Source: Anthoceros angustus
Taxonomy: Eukaryota > Plantae > Anthocerotophyta
NCBI GenBank assembly: GCA_010909165.1
Contig: MU008164.1
Location: 310,001 to 374,000 of the forward strand
DNA: 64,000 nucleotides
Direction of reading: 5' to 3'
In this document: positions 37,560 to 49,069 of the stretch, one piece after another
Position numbering within the stretch: the first letter of the stretch is position 1
Layout of the letters: each line of letters begins with the position of its first letter
Program-made: the position numbers and the translations under genes
The notes under the pieces: model-generated
Seen by the model: the letters and a program-made list of their open reading frames with translations, nothing else
The model's database searches: none
Told to the model about the DNA's origin: nothing

Positions 37560-38320
37560 ACGTTAACTCACCGGGCTTCCAATTTGTCAGCGTTATCATC
37601 TCGGGCGATCTCCGTAGTTGGCCGATCTTGCCGGTGGGTTGAAGCAACGTTAACTCACCGGGCTTCCAATTTGTCAGCGTTATCATCTCGGGCGATCTCC
37701 GTGTAGTTGGCCGATCTTGTCGGTGGGTCGTCTGCATCCATGAAGGCACCTCCATGAAGAGCCTCAATGCCCGCACGCTTCCAATAATATTAACCCACCA
37801 ACACCTAAATGCACCTCAATGGTACAATCTTCAAGCCAGCCACAAGCTTCCTTGCAAGACCTTTATTGAAGCAAGTTGTAACAAAGAGAGCCACTAGGAG
37901 GAGCAAGAGAGAGGCAACCTTGATGAATAAGGATTCGTCCGGGTGAATCATGGTACATCCCGGAGGGAGGATGATGAAGTCACCCTTGGTTATCTTGAAG
38001 CGGATCCACTCACATCGTAATCCCGCGTCAAAGTAGCTGCGATGCATCCAACGACCACCGAACCCACCAAATCAATTCGTCATGAAGCTTAGCTCCTTAA
38101 GCGCAAAGATACCTAGCACGCCTAGGGGACTTTGGAGATGTTGGCGTACCGGTGCCTTGAGCACGAATCGATCTCGCAGCGCGATGCTCCACAAAGAAAT
38201 GCCGCGCCTTGTCCTCGAATTTGTCAATGTGGCGGGAGCGGCCGTGGCAACGCCCCTGCAACAACACTTACGCCACAACCATCGACCTAGCCTAGAACAA
38301 GGCACGCGGAAGGAGATGCG
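37560..38320 (-). pseudogene. ARD: ARD-like gene, 3'-half copy
   Basis: WIRFKITKGDFIILPPG (ORF 37805-38047) and ALRLFMEVPSW (ORF 37417-37776). Confidence 0.75.
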
Positions 38321-38444
38321 ATCTTGGCGACGTAAGCCGCCTGTACATCAAGCGAGACAAAACAAGCGGCAAGATTTATGTCGAAACCGTACATGAGCAT
38401 TATGGACACGGTGGTTAGGGTGATGCCGGTGGGTTGAAACGTTA

Positions 38445-39528
38445 ACTCACCGGGCTTCCAATTTGTCAGCGTTATCATCTCGGCGATCTCCGTGTAGTTG
38501 GCTTCGATCTTGTCGGTGGGTCGTCTGCATCCATGAAGGCACCTCCATGAAGAGCCTCAATGCACCTGCAGGTTCCAATAATATTAACCCAACACCTAAA
38601 TGCACCTCAATGGTACAATCTTCAAGCCAGCCACAAGCTTCCTTGCAAGACCTTTATTGAAAGCAAGTTGTAACAAAGAGACAATGGCGAGGCGGCAAGA
38701 GAGCCGAACCTTGATGAATAAGGATTCGTCGTGAATCATGGTACATCCCGGAGGGAGGATGATGAAGTCACCCTTGGTTATCTTGAAGCGGATCCACTCG
38801 TCATCGTAATCCCGCGTCAAAGTAGCCGCAAGATGCATCCAACGACCACCGAACCCACCAAATCAATCGTGAAATCTGTAGCTCCTTAAGCGCAAAGATA
38901 CCTAGCACGCCTAGGGACTTTGGAGATGTTGGCACTGCCTTCGAGCACGAATCGATCTCTCGCAGCGTCAGATGCTCCACAAAGAAATGCCGCGCCTTGT
39001 CCTCGAATTTGTCAATGTGGCGGGAGCGGCCGTGGCAACGTCCGCAACAACACGACGCCACAACCATCGACCTAGCCTAGAACAAGGCACGCGGAAGGGA
39101 GATGCGATGCCGCAAATGTACGGAATCAAACCACGCCTCGGCGTATGTATCGCATTGGCTTGTACCCACGCCTCTCTTGATCTTCTCCAACGATGGGTTG
39201 TCCAAATACGTGTCGAAGGCCCGGCTTCCATATGACAACTCAAACAGACATGGAAATCGGCGCCGCATATTAAAATCACGTGGGAGGAATGCCTTGCATT
39301 CCAGGAGGGATGTAAATAGCTAGGCCGCCTCGGCCCCGAGATCCCCAACCGAGGCACCCACTCAAAGGCGCATGCGATGCAGGGCAAAACCTCACCTTGC
39401 ATGCTCCGGGACACGGCCGATTAGGGAAGAAGCTGGTGCTGGTGGTTTGATTGTCGCTGCCCTCCGGATTGTAGAACCACGCCTGTCACCTACTTGCAAG
39501 CATCCGTGGACATCAATATCCGCACCAT
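38445..39528 (-). pseudogene. ARD: ARD-like gene, copy C
   Basis: HIDKFEDKARHFFVEH (ORF 38801-39067) and DYDDEWIRFKITKGDFIILPPG (ORF 38596-38838). Confidence 0.8.
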
Positions 39529-40429
39529 CTTCGCACAACCCAAAGTGACGCCGACTAGGGCAAATAAGCAAGCCAAGGCAAAAGCAAAGGCATCCGCAAC
39601 ATAAGCAAAACTTGGGAGACCGGCCGTAGATGCGGACCGGCCGCGATTCGGGTCGTGGAGTCATGGACCCACTAGTGCAATGTGAAGGACTTTAACAACA
39701 ACAACCCTTTGCGGAGGCTAGATATACGTGGGTTCTTTTCATTTGTATCCTTCTTCCTCCTTTTCTTTATGTGTTAGAAATATTACGCAATCTTGGCCGT
39801 ATGTTTGAAGGATTCCATCAACGGGCGGGAGCTCGAGATTCACTTAACCGGGGACTCTCAGGTTGTCGATCAAGTCATTATGCTCCCGAGGACAAAACTT
39901 GGCGATAATGGCTTGAATGCCACGTCCAGCTAGGGAATGGGCCGGTTTAGGAAACAAAAATGTAGGCGCGAGGAAGAGGAAACTTGGCGGCACCGGTTCA
40001 AACCAGGCCTCCGGTTGAGGCGGAGGCAGCCATCCCTCCCAAAAAGGCGGGATCTAAAGCAGTGCCTGCGGTGAGCAATTGCAAGGTGCTCACAAAGCGA
40101 GGCTGAACTGGCAGTGACTAGATAGACAGCCAATCAATCATATTCTTTCACGGCATCAAATCGGTTTGGTACATGCAATTCAAACTAGTTGCATCATCAA
40201 CTCCTTGAAGTCGGAACTATGACCCATCCTTTTCGGTTTTGCCCGTGAAGGCTAGGTTAGGCTCCCTAAGAGGATGGATGAGATCTACATGCGATCTTGG
40301 CGACGTAAGCCGCCCTGTACATCAAGCAGACAAAACAAACGGCAAGATTTATGTCAGGAAACCGTACATGAGCATTATGAGCTGGACAAAGTGGTTAGGG
40401 TGATGCCAGTGGGTTGAAGCAACGTTAAC

Positions 40430-41501
40430 TCACCGGGCTTCCAATTTGTCAGCGTTATCATCTCGGGCGATCTCCGTGTAGTTGGCCGATCTTGTCGGTG
40501 GGTCGTCTGCATCCATGAAGGCACCTCCATGAAGAGCCTCAATGCACGGTTCCAATAATATTAACCCACCAACACCTAAATGCACCTCAATGGTACAATC
40601 TTCAAGCCAGCTTCCTTGCAAGACCTTTATTGAAAGCAAGTTGTAACAAAGAGGCAATAGCGACGGCAGAGAGAGAGCCGAACCTTGATGAATAAGGATT
40701 CGTCCAGGTGAATCATGGTACATCCGGAGGGAGGATGATGAAGTCACCCTTGGTTATCTTGAAGCGGATCCACTCGTAATCCCGCGTCAAAGTAGCTGCG
40801 CATGCATCCAACGACCACCGAACCCACCAAATCAATCCTGAAATCTGACTAGCTCCTTAAGCGCAAAGATACCTAGCACGTCTAGGGGACTTTGGAGATG
40901 TTACGCTGCGTGCCGAGCACGAATCGATCTCGCAGTGCGGATGCTCCACAAAGAAATGCCGCCTTGTCCTCGAATTTGTCAATGTGGCGGGAGCGGCCGT
41001 GGCAACGTCCGCAACAACACGGCGCCACAACCATCGCCGGACCTAGCCTAGAACAAGGCACGCGGAAGGAGATGCGATCTGCAAATGTACGGAATCAAAC
41101 CCGCCGCCTCGGCGTATGTATCGTCTGTGATGCTTGTACGCTCTCTCTTGATCTTCTCCAACGATGGGTTGTCCAAATACGTGTGGCGTCCGGCTTCCAT
41201 ATTATGACAACTCCGGCCGCATGGAAATCGATGCCGCATATTAAAATCACGTCGGGAGGAATGCCTTGCATTCCGGGAGGATGCAAATAGCTAGGCCGCC
41301 TCGGCCCCGAGATCCCCAACCGAGGCACCCACTCAAAGGCGCATGCGGATGCACAGGGCAAAACCTCACCTTGCGGATGCTCCGGACACGGGCCGATTAG
41401 GGAAGCTGGTGCAGCGTGGTTTGATTGTCGCTGCCCTCCGGATTGTAGAACCACGCGTGTCACCACTTGCAAGCATCCGTGGACATCAATATCCGCACCA
41501 T
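40430..41501 (-). pseudogene. ARD: ARD-like gene, copy D
   Basis: Same exon set; ATG at 41501 and LDNPSLEKIKRER. Confidence 0.8.
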
Positions 41502-42122
41502 CTTCGCACAACCCAAAGTGACGCCGACTAAGGCAAAACCAAAAAGCCAAAAGCAAAGCAAAGGCATCCGCAACATAAGCAAAACTTGAGGAGGCGCCGT
41601 GGATCACGGACGCCGCATTCGGCCGAGTCAGGGCCTGGTCTCGGAATGTGATGCAAGAGAGAGGACCTAGCTCACGATCATGCAAGCATGCAACCCACCA
41701 TAGGAATGCCTCGGATCCATACCGCCGCCTGACGCTACAAGGAAGGAAGCCATCTCACACTGCTTGGGTGAAGAGAGGGAAGAAGAAGAACCGGGAACTT
41801 GGAGATGGGGATTTCAAGAAAACAATAAGTCCCAAGTTCAATACATTCAAAAAAGTGTGCTATGCATACATATATAGACCTTGGCCTTGACTACTCTCAA
41901 TAGGTATGAATCCTATCTCGGATCCTCGCATTGTCCTATACACTTTTATGACTTATTCTCCGAACTCTAATATGGGATGTGTTGCACCAATCCTATAGAT
42001 TTCTAACAATTTTGAAAGACATGTATGCAGAGAAGATGCAACAATGGCTTATGCCACACCAAGCTAGCTTATGCCAATTAAATGCGTGCTCATGCAGTGG
42101 CGAAAAGCAGAGACCACGCCGA

Positions 42123-42330
42123 CTAGTAGAAACATGGTGCCCATGTTACGGGTTTTGACGATTCTTATTACGGCCACAGAACGTTATATTTTTGCTTCGT
42201 GCATAGGCTTTGTAGAGGAGCGGAGCGGGCGTAGAACGGCCGAGGCCGTTAGGGCCGAGACCGTTCTAGGTCAGGCGCCCGACGCCGTCCGCCTCGGCGT
42301 AAGGGAGCGGCGAGTCACAGGACGCACCGC
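42123..42330 (-). mobile_element. Probable Helitron 3' terminus
   Basis: The minus strand reads CCCGTAACATGGGCACCATGTTTCTACTAG|T, a hairpin (AACATGG/CCATGTT, 42131-42147) shortly before CTAG followed by T. It interrupts an ARD repeat unit. An alternative reading is a CACTA-like left end, (C)ACTAGTAGAAA. Confidence 0.5.
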
Positions 42331-42433
42331 ACTGACCGGCGATCGGGTGAGCCGAGGGCTGTTCAAAATTAAAGACTTGTTGCTTGCAGTAACCAGGTTA
42401 TACTTCTTTTTTCTCTCACTACGATGTAACATT

Positions 42434-43250
42434 TCATATTTTTACAGTCTTGGTTTTACCATTCTTGAAGTGTTTTTTCAAAAGAGGTTCACTGGCAATG
42501 TTATTGTGTTGAACACTTTGATAGTCACTATCTGAAAGATGTTACATTGGTTAGTAAACATAAACAGTCAAAGAGGAAATGACAAAGTGATTCATTACCT
42601 TCTTCAATATCCACCATTGCGTCGCTCACATTCAACGCATCCCGGAAGGGTCGAGCTACATTAAATTGGATGGTGAGGTACAGGACCCTGAACCACCCCC
42701 GAGGCACTCGGGGTGGGTTCCGTGTCCTTGGTTATCAACCGGTGAAGATCCCGCAGCTCGGCAATCTCTAGCTTCACAAACGGGCCCCTTTCTGCAGCCT
42801 TCGTTATCCGCACTTACAAGACCTAAAGATTTGTGATGGGAACCATTGGATGTGTTAAGGGTACCTACGGTATCTATTGCTCGTGACAACACACCAACAC
42901 ATGAGCCCGGATATACCTTTGGGAGTTTCGTGAGAAAAGTAAACCAGAGCACAGGGCTAGTCCTGCTGCATACAATGTCTGTTGGAGATCTTTTACTCGC
43001 ACCTTGGGTGGTGTTGTATCCGAGGGCACACAGAAAAGCACCTTGTTAGTAAACCAGTCCTTAAACTGGGGTCCTAAGAAAACAAATTGAAGCAAAGAGT
43101 CCGAGTGACCCTTACATATGAAAAAGGGCGCTGAGGCCGAGCAATCACTTTGGCGCAGAAGTCCATAAGTACAATCACTTTATCGATGCTTTGAACTCGC
43201 TTGCACAATGAGACCGTCTGAAATTGGATTTTAATCACACACATAACCTC
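42434..43250 (-). pseudogene. 3' portion of an unidentified spliced gene
   Basis: About five exons with GT-AG borders. The last exons read FRDALNVSDAMVDIEE|DSDYQSVQHNNIASEPLLKKHFKNGKTKTVKI*. No 5' exons or start codon are evident. Confidence 0.55.
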
Positions 43251-43500
43251 AAACTACCATCGATCATGAACGAAACAAATTGCTAGTACTAAGCATCAAG
43301 AAGAAACGAGGACTCAAGCACACCACCCACTGGTGATCCGAGCTTGCCGAAAGCTCCTGCATCCCTATGCTTCTTTGTCTTCAAAAATGTCTGCTCAAAT
43401 GATCACCATTCTTCTCGCATCAAGTCGCAACGCATCAAGGACAAAACGCCATGAACTCCACTTTACATTCAATCCACCTCGGCAAAACATACCTTCCTTC

Positions 43501-44303
43501 TTATCGGCCTCGAGACGCGGTCGGAAGGGGAGGCGAGGACTCCACTTCCACGCCATCGCCGCTTGAGTCGTTTTGGTAGAAGGCAGCGTGAGTCGGGAAC
43601 ATAGTGGTCTTCCTTCATGCTCTTGACCAGGGGGTTGAGCAGATGAAGAGGAAACCGACCGGGACTACGGCTGGATCAACAACATCCACCACGACATTGG
43701 CACTCACGTCTGTTGGGAAAACATGTTGTCGATGTGGAAATGAGCAGATGCGTGGAGGGCACATGGCTGATCCTCCACCCGTGAAACGGCACAAGAATGG
43801 ACGAGTGCGTGAGGTGCCCGATGACGCTATTGAGCGTCTTGTTATTGGAGAAGCTCCGTGCCAGCGTGCCTCAAAGACGAACAAGGCCCGAACATGGTGC
43901 CTGACGAACCAAGACAGAGGCCACACAAACCACCTGTTGAGATCACGCCCAGCCAGCCCAAGACCACCGCCACGTCCCTCGCAACATAGCTCAAGGACCT
44001 CAAGGTATTCTTCTCCAGGCTTGGGGATAGCAGCCGGATGTCCGCTGTGGTGAAAGGGGAGGCGCGCGATCGAACTCCAGCTCCCGTCCGTGGAACTGCC
44101 GGGCGTGAAGCTAGGCCGGACGGAACCGCCACCATGGCCACCACGCCCTTCCTCCTCCCTCTGCTGCGGCCGCGCATCCCTAGACCGGGTCAGAAGACCG
44201 TCCCCTCCCGCAACCAGAGCTGCCGGCCGCCATCGCCACCCGACACCTCCGCTGCTCCTCCGTGGGCTTTGCACCGCCAGCGCCGTATCTCAAGTATATC
44301 CAT
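43501..44303 (-). pseudogene. Plastid omega-3 fatty acid desaturase (FAD7/FAD8-like), internally deleted and inverted
   Basis: Minus strand: transit-like N-terminus, [62 protein letters not shown], and C-terminal [19 protein letters not shown]. Plus strand at 43656-43709: [18 protein letters not shown]. Confidence 0.9.
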
Positions 44304-44455
44304 CGGAAAATGCTATCCACTTACTTGTGCAATCTCGAAACCCGACCTTCTCCGAAGGCATTTGCGAGAAGCAATAGCAATGACCATCGCGGCCAAGGAA
44401 GTACGCCAAAACATGTTGGGCACTAGATGTGAGCAAAAAAGTGATGCGGATGAAA

Positions 44456-44465
44456 TGACGTGACG
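44456..44465. promoter_or_regulatory. Tandem TGACG motifs (as-1/ACGT-like) ~150 bp upstream of the FAD start
   Basis: Sequence TGACGTGACG; function not demonstrated. Confidence 0.25.
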
Positions 44466-46622
44466 CGGGAGTGGGGCTAGAGGACGTAGCGCGGGCGACC
44501 TGTTCTTGTTTAAGTAAGAGGAGGTGGATGGTTCTAGGCGTTTCCAGTTGGATACCCAGGTGTGAAGCGATTCGTTCCTAGGTTCGGCTTACGCTCTGGC
44601 CGTTGCTGGTTTGGAATGTTTAGGTTTGGTTAAAAAGGGCGGCGGCGGCGGCTGGTGTGGACGAATCATTTTTGTAGGTAGGTTTGGTACCGGGCTTCGG
44701 GAGTTAGGTCTGGGAATTTAAACTTAGGTCTGGTAGAGAAAGCTTGTCGGCGCCGACAGAGAGAGAACCTAGGGTTTCTTTGTCTATATAAACCTCTTTT
44801 CCAGCAGTCTTATGTCTTTTGGTTCATTGCTCATGCTTTCGATTTTGCTCGCTTTAGGTCTTTTGGCGGTTTTCTGAGTGATGGAGTGTGTTTGCGTCCT
44901 CTGGCTGTTGATCTTGCATTGTCTTCTTGTTTGTTTGATGTCTTATTGTTTGGTCAAGCGCCTCCTTGAAACTTCTTCTTTGATTCGCATGTCTTGAGCA
45001 AGCGCATGCTTCTGTTTGTGTGTGCTGGTTTTAAAGTGTGCTTAATGGAGGACATTATCAAAAGTGTCTCTTGACGCTGAGGTCACTCTCTGGACGGTGT
45101 TAGTTGGAGGTATTCGAAGTTATTGCTGAAGTTTTGAAGTTTTGAACTGATTGCAGTGATTGCTGAAGTTTTGAACTACAAGCGTCCTACGCGGCCGCTC
45201 TTTACACCAAGGCCAGTCTCTACTGAGCATGCCTTTTAATAGCTTTGTTTTTGTTCTGTGTTCTTAAACAGTTCTTGCTTCCAATGAAATAGTACTGTAA
45301 GTGTAGGCGGTTCCATGTAGTTTCTCTTTTGGGTCTCTGGCTGAAATACGGTGTATTCTTTGCAGAACTGTACGGGGAGAAACACAAAGATAAACGGGGA
45401 GTGACACAGTCACTTTGCGGGGTAGTACTCTATCCTGTTAGAAAGTATCTATGTTTCTTTTCCTTTTGATTTGTAGTCAAGACTTGACCTTTCTAGTTAG
45501 GTACCGTTGGTGTTGCTTATGTTCTAGGCTGCTTGGCTGAACGAACCATCCACAACTGATATCTACGTATGATTGTAGTAAACGACGCCCCGACGTATTG
45601 TCGACGTCGGGATCATCTTCTACTTTGTTCTGTAAACAGAGCTGTCTTTTCCATCCTCTTTTTTAAGAGCTGTTAAGCCTTAGAACAGTTCATTCGGTAC
45701 CTTAGCTTTTGCTGAACTTTTGAGCTCTCTGTTTGCGTGTGGCATGCGTTTGGTTTCTCTGTGCATAATTCCAGTTTCATGCTTTCCTCTCTTCTGGTAC
45801 TTCTTTTAATTGTTGTTTTTTTTTCTGCAGAACTGAAGAAAAAACAGCTTTCAACCCGACCTGTGAGTACTTGACTGTTATGCCTTTTTTCCTTCTTATG
45901 TCAGGTCAAGTTTCATTATGAAATTGCTGTTTTATCAAATAGGAGTTTTGTGTCTAGAGTTCGCATGTTGTGTCTTAATGTTGGTTTTGATTGTTTGTTG
46001 CTTGCAAACACTGAAAATCTTTGTAGTTTCGAACGATGTTTCGTTGAAGTGCTAACGCCCTGATTAGACCATCGGAAGTAAGAACACGTAGTATATCAGT
46101 CTGCTCCAAATAAATGTCCCAAACCGATGAGTCTTTTGAGTCTCTTCAAGTGTTTGTTTCTTTCAGTGTATATGTTTGGATTCTTCAAAGGTCTATGTTT
46201 GGAGGTTGGTTTGCACGCGCTTTGTTTTATTTTCTCACGTGTCTTCCAAAGAACGCCGGTTGCATGTAATTTGTTCCTATGTTGTGTCCTTTTCTTGTAG
46301 CATAGATAGCAATTGTAGTATGCTATTTTGCATGTATGTTTTTTTGCTCTTACAATGAGGTTTGGCTAAGCCAATTCTGGTTTCTTTTATGTGGTTGTGT
46401 TGGTCTTGATTCTCCGAGTAAACAATCTTTGGTAGTTGTGCTTCTTCATGCGCCTTGTGTGCCTTTGCAGAAGTGTGAAGGCGGTGGAGCAGTCGACGAA
46501 TTTTGGATACATTTTGATCTGCGACATGTGTGCACTCTTTTGGGTAGCTCTTTGTGTCTTAGGTAAGTGTCGGTATTTACTTGGTGTCTATTTTTTTCTA
46601 CCCACGCCTGGTTTCAACATTT

Positions 46623-46782
46623 ATGGTGGATGCATTTCACCCGACATGCCATGTTTTCTACTCTATTGTAATGGATTTTACTATATTGAGTAAAATAATG
46701 ACCAAATGGTCAATTCTCTAGAAATCTACCCTTTAACCCCGAAAAAATCATTAGCGTCGAGGCCCCAGACGAGGCGCGACTT
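46623..46782 (+). repeat. Conserved TE-terminus-like sequence, copy 2
   Basis: Homologous to 4419-4587. Confidence 0.7.
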
Positions 46783-47288
46783 CTGTATAGAAGCTGCCTT
46801 TGTTACACTTGCATATAACACTATTCCTTCCCAAGGGTGCATTGTGTTCCCATCACCCGCCTCCCCGCCTTTCGTTTTATAATACAATATTCGTTCGCCC
46901 CGCTTTAAAGAGGCGCTGGTTGCGGGCTCCACACGAAGCCGCGTCAGGAATCGGATTTCCGCTCCGCTTGTACGCGTTTTTGAAGTGTGGTTCACATCGA
47001 TGGCGTCGCCGCCTAATCGGCATTCCATACGTATGTATACGACGTACATGGCCGTGTGGCAGGCAGGAAATGGAGCGCGCTGGCAATAAAGGGCGCCAAG
47101 ACTGTCGGACGGCCGTCCACGGCCACGACATGTCAGTTGCTATGTCCTTGCCCCTGACCATGCTAAGGTGAGTCGTGTAATTCTAACCGGTGGGCAAACG
47201 ATTTGACGCCGGTGTGCGAAAGAGGACATGGACCGCGTGACGATGTGCAGCGACTATGCGGATCACCGCTCTGCGGCGATCGATCAAA

Positions 47289-47800
47289 GCATCTTGGGAT
47301 ACCAATTTTTGGCATCCACGACAAACAACGTTGCAATGGTTGCTAGCTAGTGGGAGCGCTCAATGAATTGTGCGTCTTTGCAAAACCGGCACATTCGGGC
47401 ATCATGCAAGACATTCCTCCACCTAGAGGCAGTGCATACATCACATACCAAGTTTCTGACATGAAGTGTGCACAAGAAACTCGCCTTCAAAAACCTCCAC
47501 GTGCACAGGATCGGAAAGACACTTTATTGAATAGTACGCATGCGATCGACCAGCATCTTGGGATACCAATTTTGGCATCCACGACAAACAACGCCGCAAT
47601 GGTTGCTAGCTAGTGGGGCTCAATGAATTGTGCGTCTTTGCAAACACCAGTTCGGAACATAAGACATTCCTCCACCTAGAGGCGGTATACATCACATACC
47701 AAGTTTCGACATGAAGTGCACAAGAAACTCGCCTTCAAAAACCTCCACGCTGGATCGGAAAGACACTTTATTGAATAGTACGCATGCGATCGACACCGAT
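47289..47800. repeat. Tandem duplication, ~264-bp period
   Basis: GCATCTTGGGATACCAATTT occurs at ~47289 and ~47553. Confidence 0.85.
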
Positions 47801-47916
47801 GAGCCCATACAAGATCCCTCCCCCAAGGTGTAGCACGCGACTATCATTTCGCCCTAGAGTCGGAAATGCCCTTCGTCATTGCACATGAAATGCATAATCG
47901 CAAACCGCTCCACCTG

Positions 47917-48741
47917 CTAGGTGAATGTAACTGGTTCAAACTGTGGAAGTTTGCACACCACTTGTTGCTTCATAAGCGCCACTATACCACATGCTGAAGG
48001 GGATGTGAGCATGGATCGCAAGGCATACTCTGGCCCTGTCCAGAGCAGGTACCGACGCTCATCCCATTGAGGGCCTCTTTCCCGCACATAGATATGCTGG
48101 CCCCACATCCACTTGTGATATTGAGCCTCTTCTTGCAAAGATGTCCGCAAGTTCCCACAAATCCATTGTGCCTTGTTTGGTGTCGACATATTTTCACCAA
48201 ATTGGGCCACCTTCTGCACTACAAGAACGTCAAACCTGTTGGTCCCTACCATCGCATCGCAATACATTCTCTCCTTGAGTCTCAAACCTCGTGACAATGA
48301 TATTGTCCCGCCATGCTTGCCTCGGTTCGGATCGCCCAAACACGAATATAGCGAGCTCTTTCGCCGCGTAAAGCCCACACCCAACCTTTCCGAGCATGCC
48401 GCCCACACATCCGCCTTTCCCCACCATCTCCGGATGGACCGCAACGGACCATCGTCTTCCAAGCTTGCCCTTGCTGCAAAAAAACGATGATGCATTTCGG
48501 GCAACCCCGATGCCTCCATGACCTGGACCACCCACTTGCCATCTCCCGCTTCCCACACGAACGGTGTCTTCACTGTCCCAAATCGGTAGGCCCAGACATA
48601 CACCTTCTCCTCACCTTCCACGGGCCCGAGGTCCGCGCTCCAAATCGGAGGGGGCAGCACTTCATCCCCTTCGCCCGGGTGCGGAGCCGGCCGCTCAGAC
48701 GGTGTCATAATCCGTTCCTTCAGACGCTCCGATGCCTCCAT
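47917..48741 (-). CDS. Hypothetical 274-aa protein
   Basis: Uninterrupted ATG-initiated ORF of non-repetitive composition within a frameshift-rich region; no family recognised. Confidence 0.35.
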   Translation of the reverse strand: MEASERLKERIMTPSERPAPHPGEGDEVLPPPIWSADLGPVEGEEKVYVWAYRFGTVKTPFVWEAGDGKWVVQVMEASGLPEMHHRFFAARASLEDDGPLRSIRRWWGKADVWAACSERLGVGFTRRKSSLYSCLGDPNRGKHGGTISLSRGLRLKERMYCDAMVGTNRFDVLVVQKVAQFGENMSTPNKAQWICGNLRTSLQEEAQYHKWMWGQHIYVRERGPQWDERRYLLWTGPEYALRSMLTSPSACGIVALMKQQVVCKLPQFEPVTFT

Positions 48742-49069
48742 GCCGCCTCCTCCCAGCTGCTAAACGGTATTCTATTGGCGGTCTCGACAGCAGGACACCA
48801 CCGCCATGCGCTGGGTGTCTCAGAATGGCCGACATGTCCGGAAGTAAGCCTCTCGTGTTTCTTCCATGGCGCAGCGGCTGATGGCGGAGCGCGGCATCCG
48901 TGAAAACCGCAACACCGGATTCGCGATCGACCACACCGCCTCTTCCTCGCCGCGATATGGAAGAAACGACGCGAATTGTGGAGAACACTTACCACCGGAG
49001 CCGCACTCGATATCGCCTCTGCAGGATGGTGGTTGTCCGCGCCATCGCAGCGTACACATTTAGTACCGC

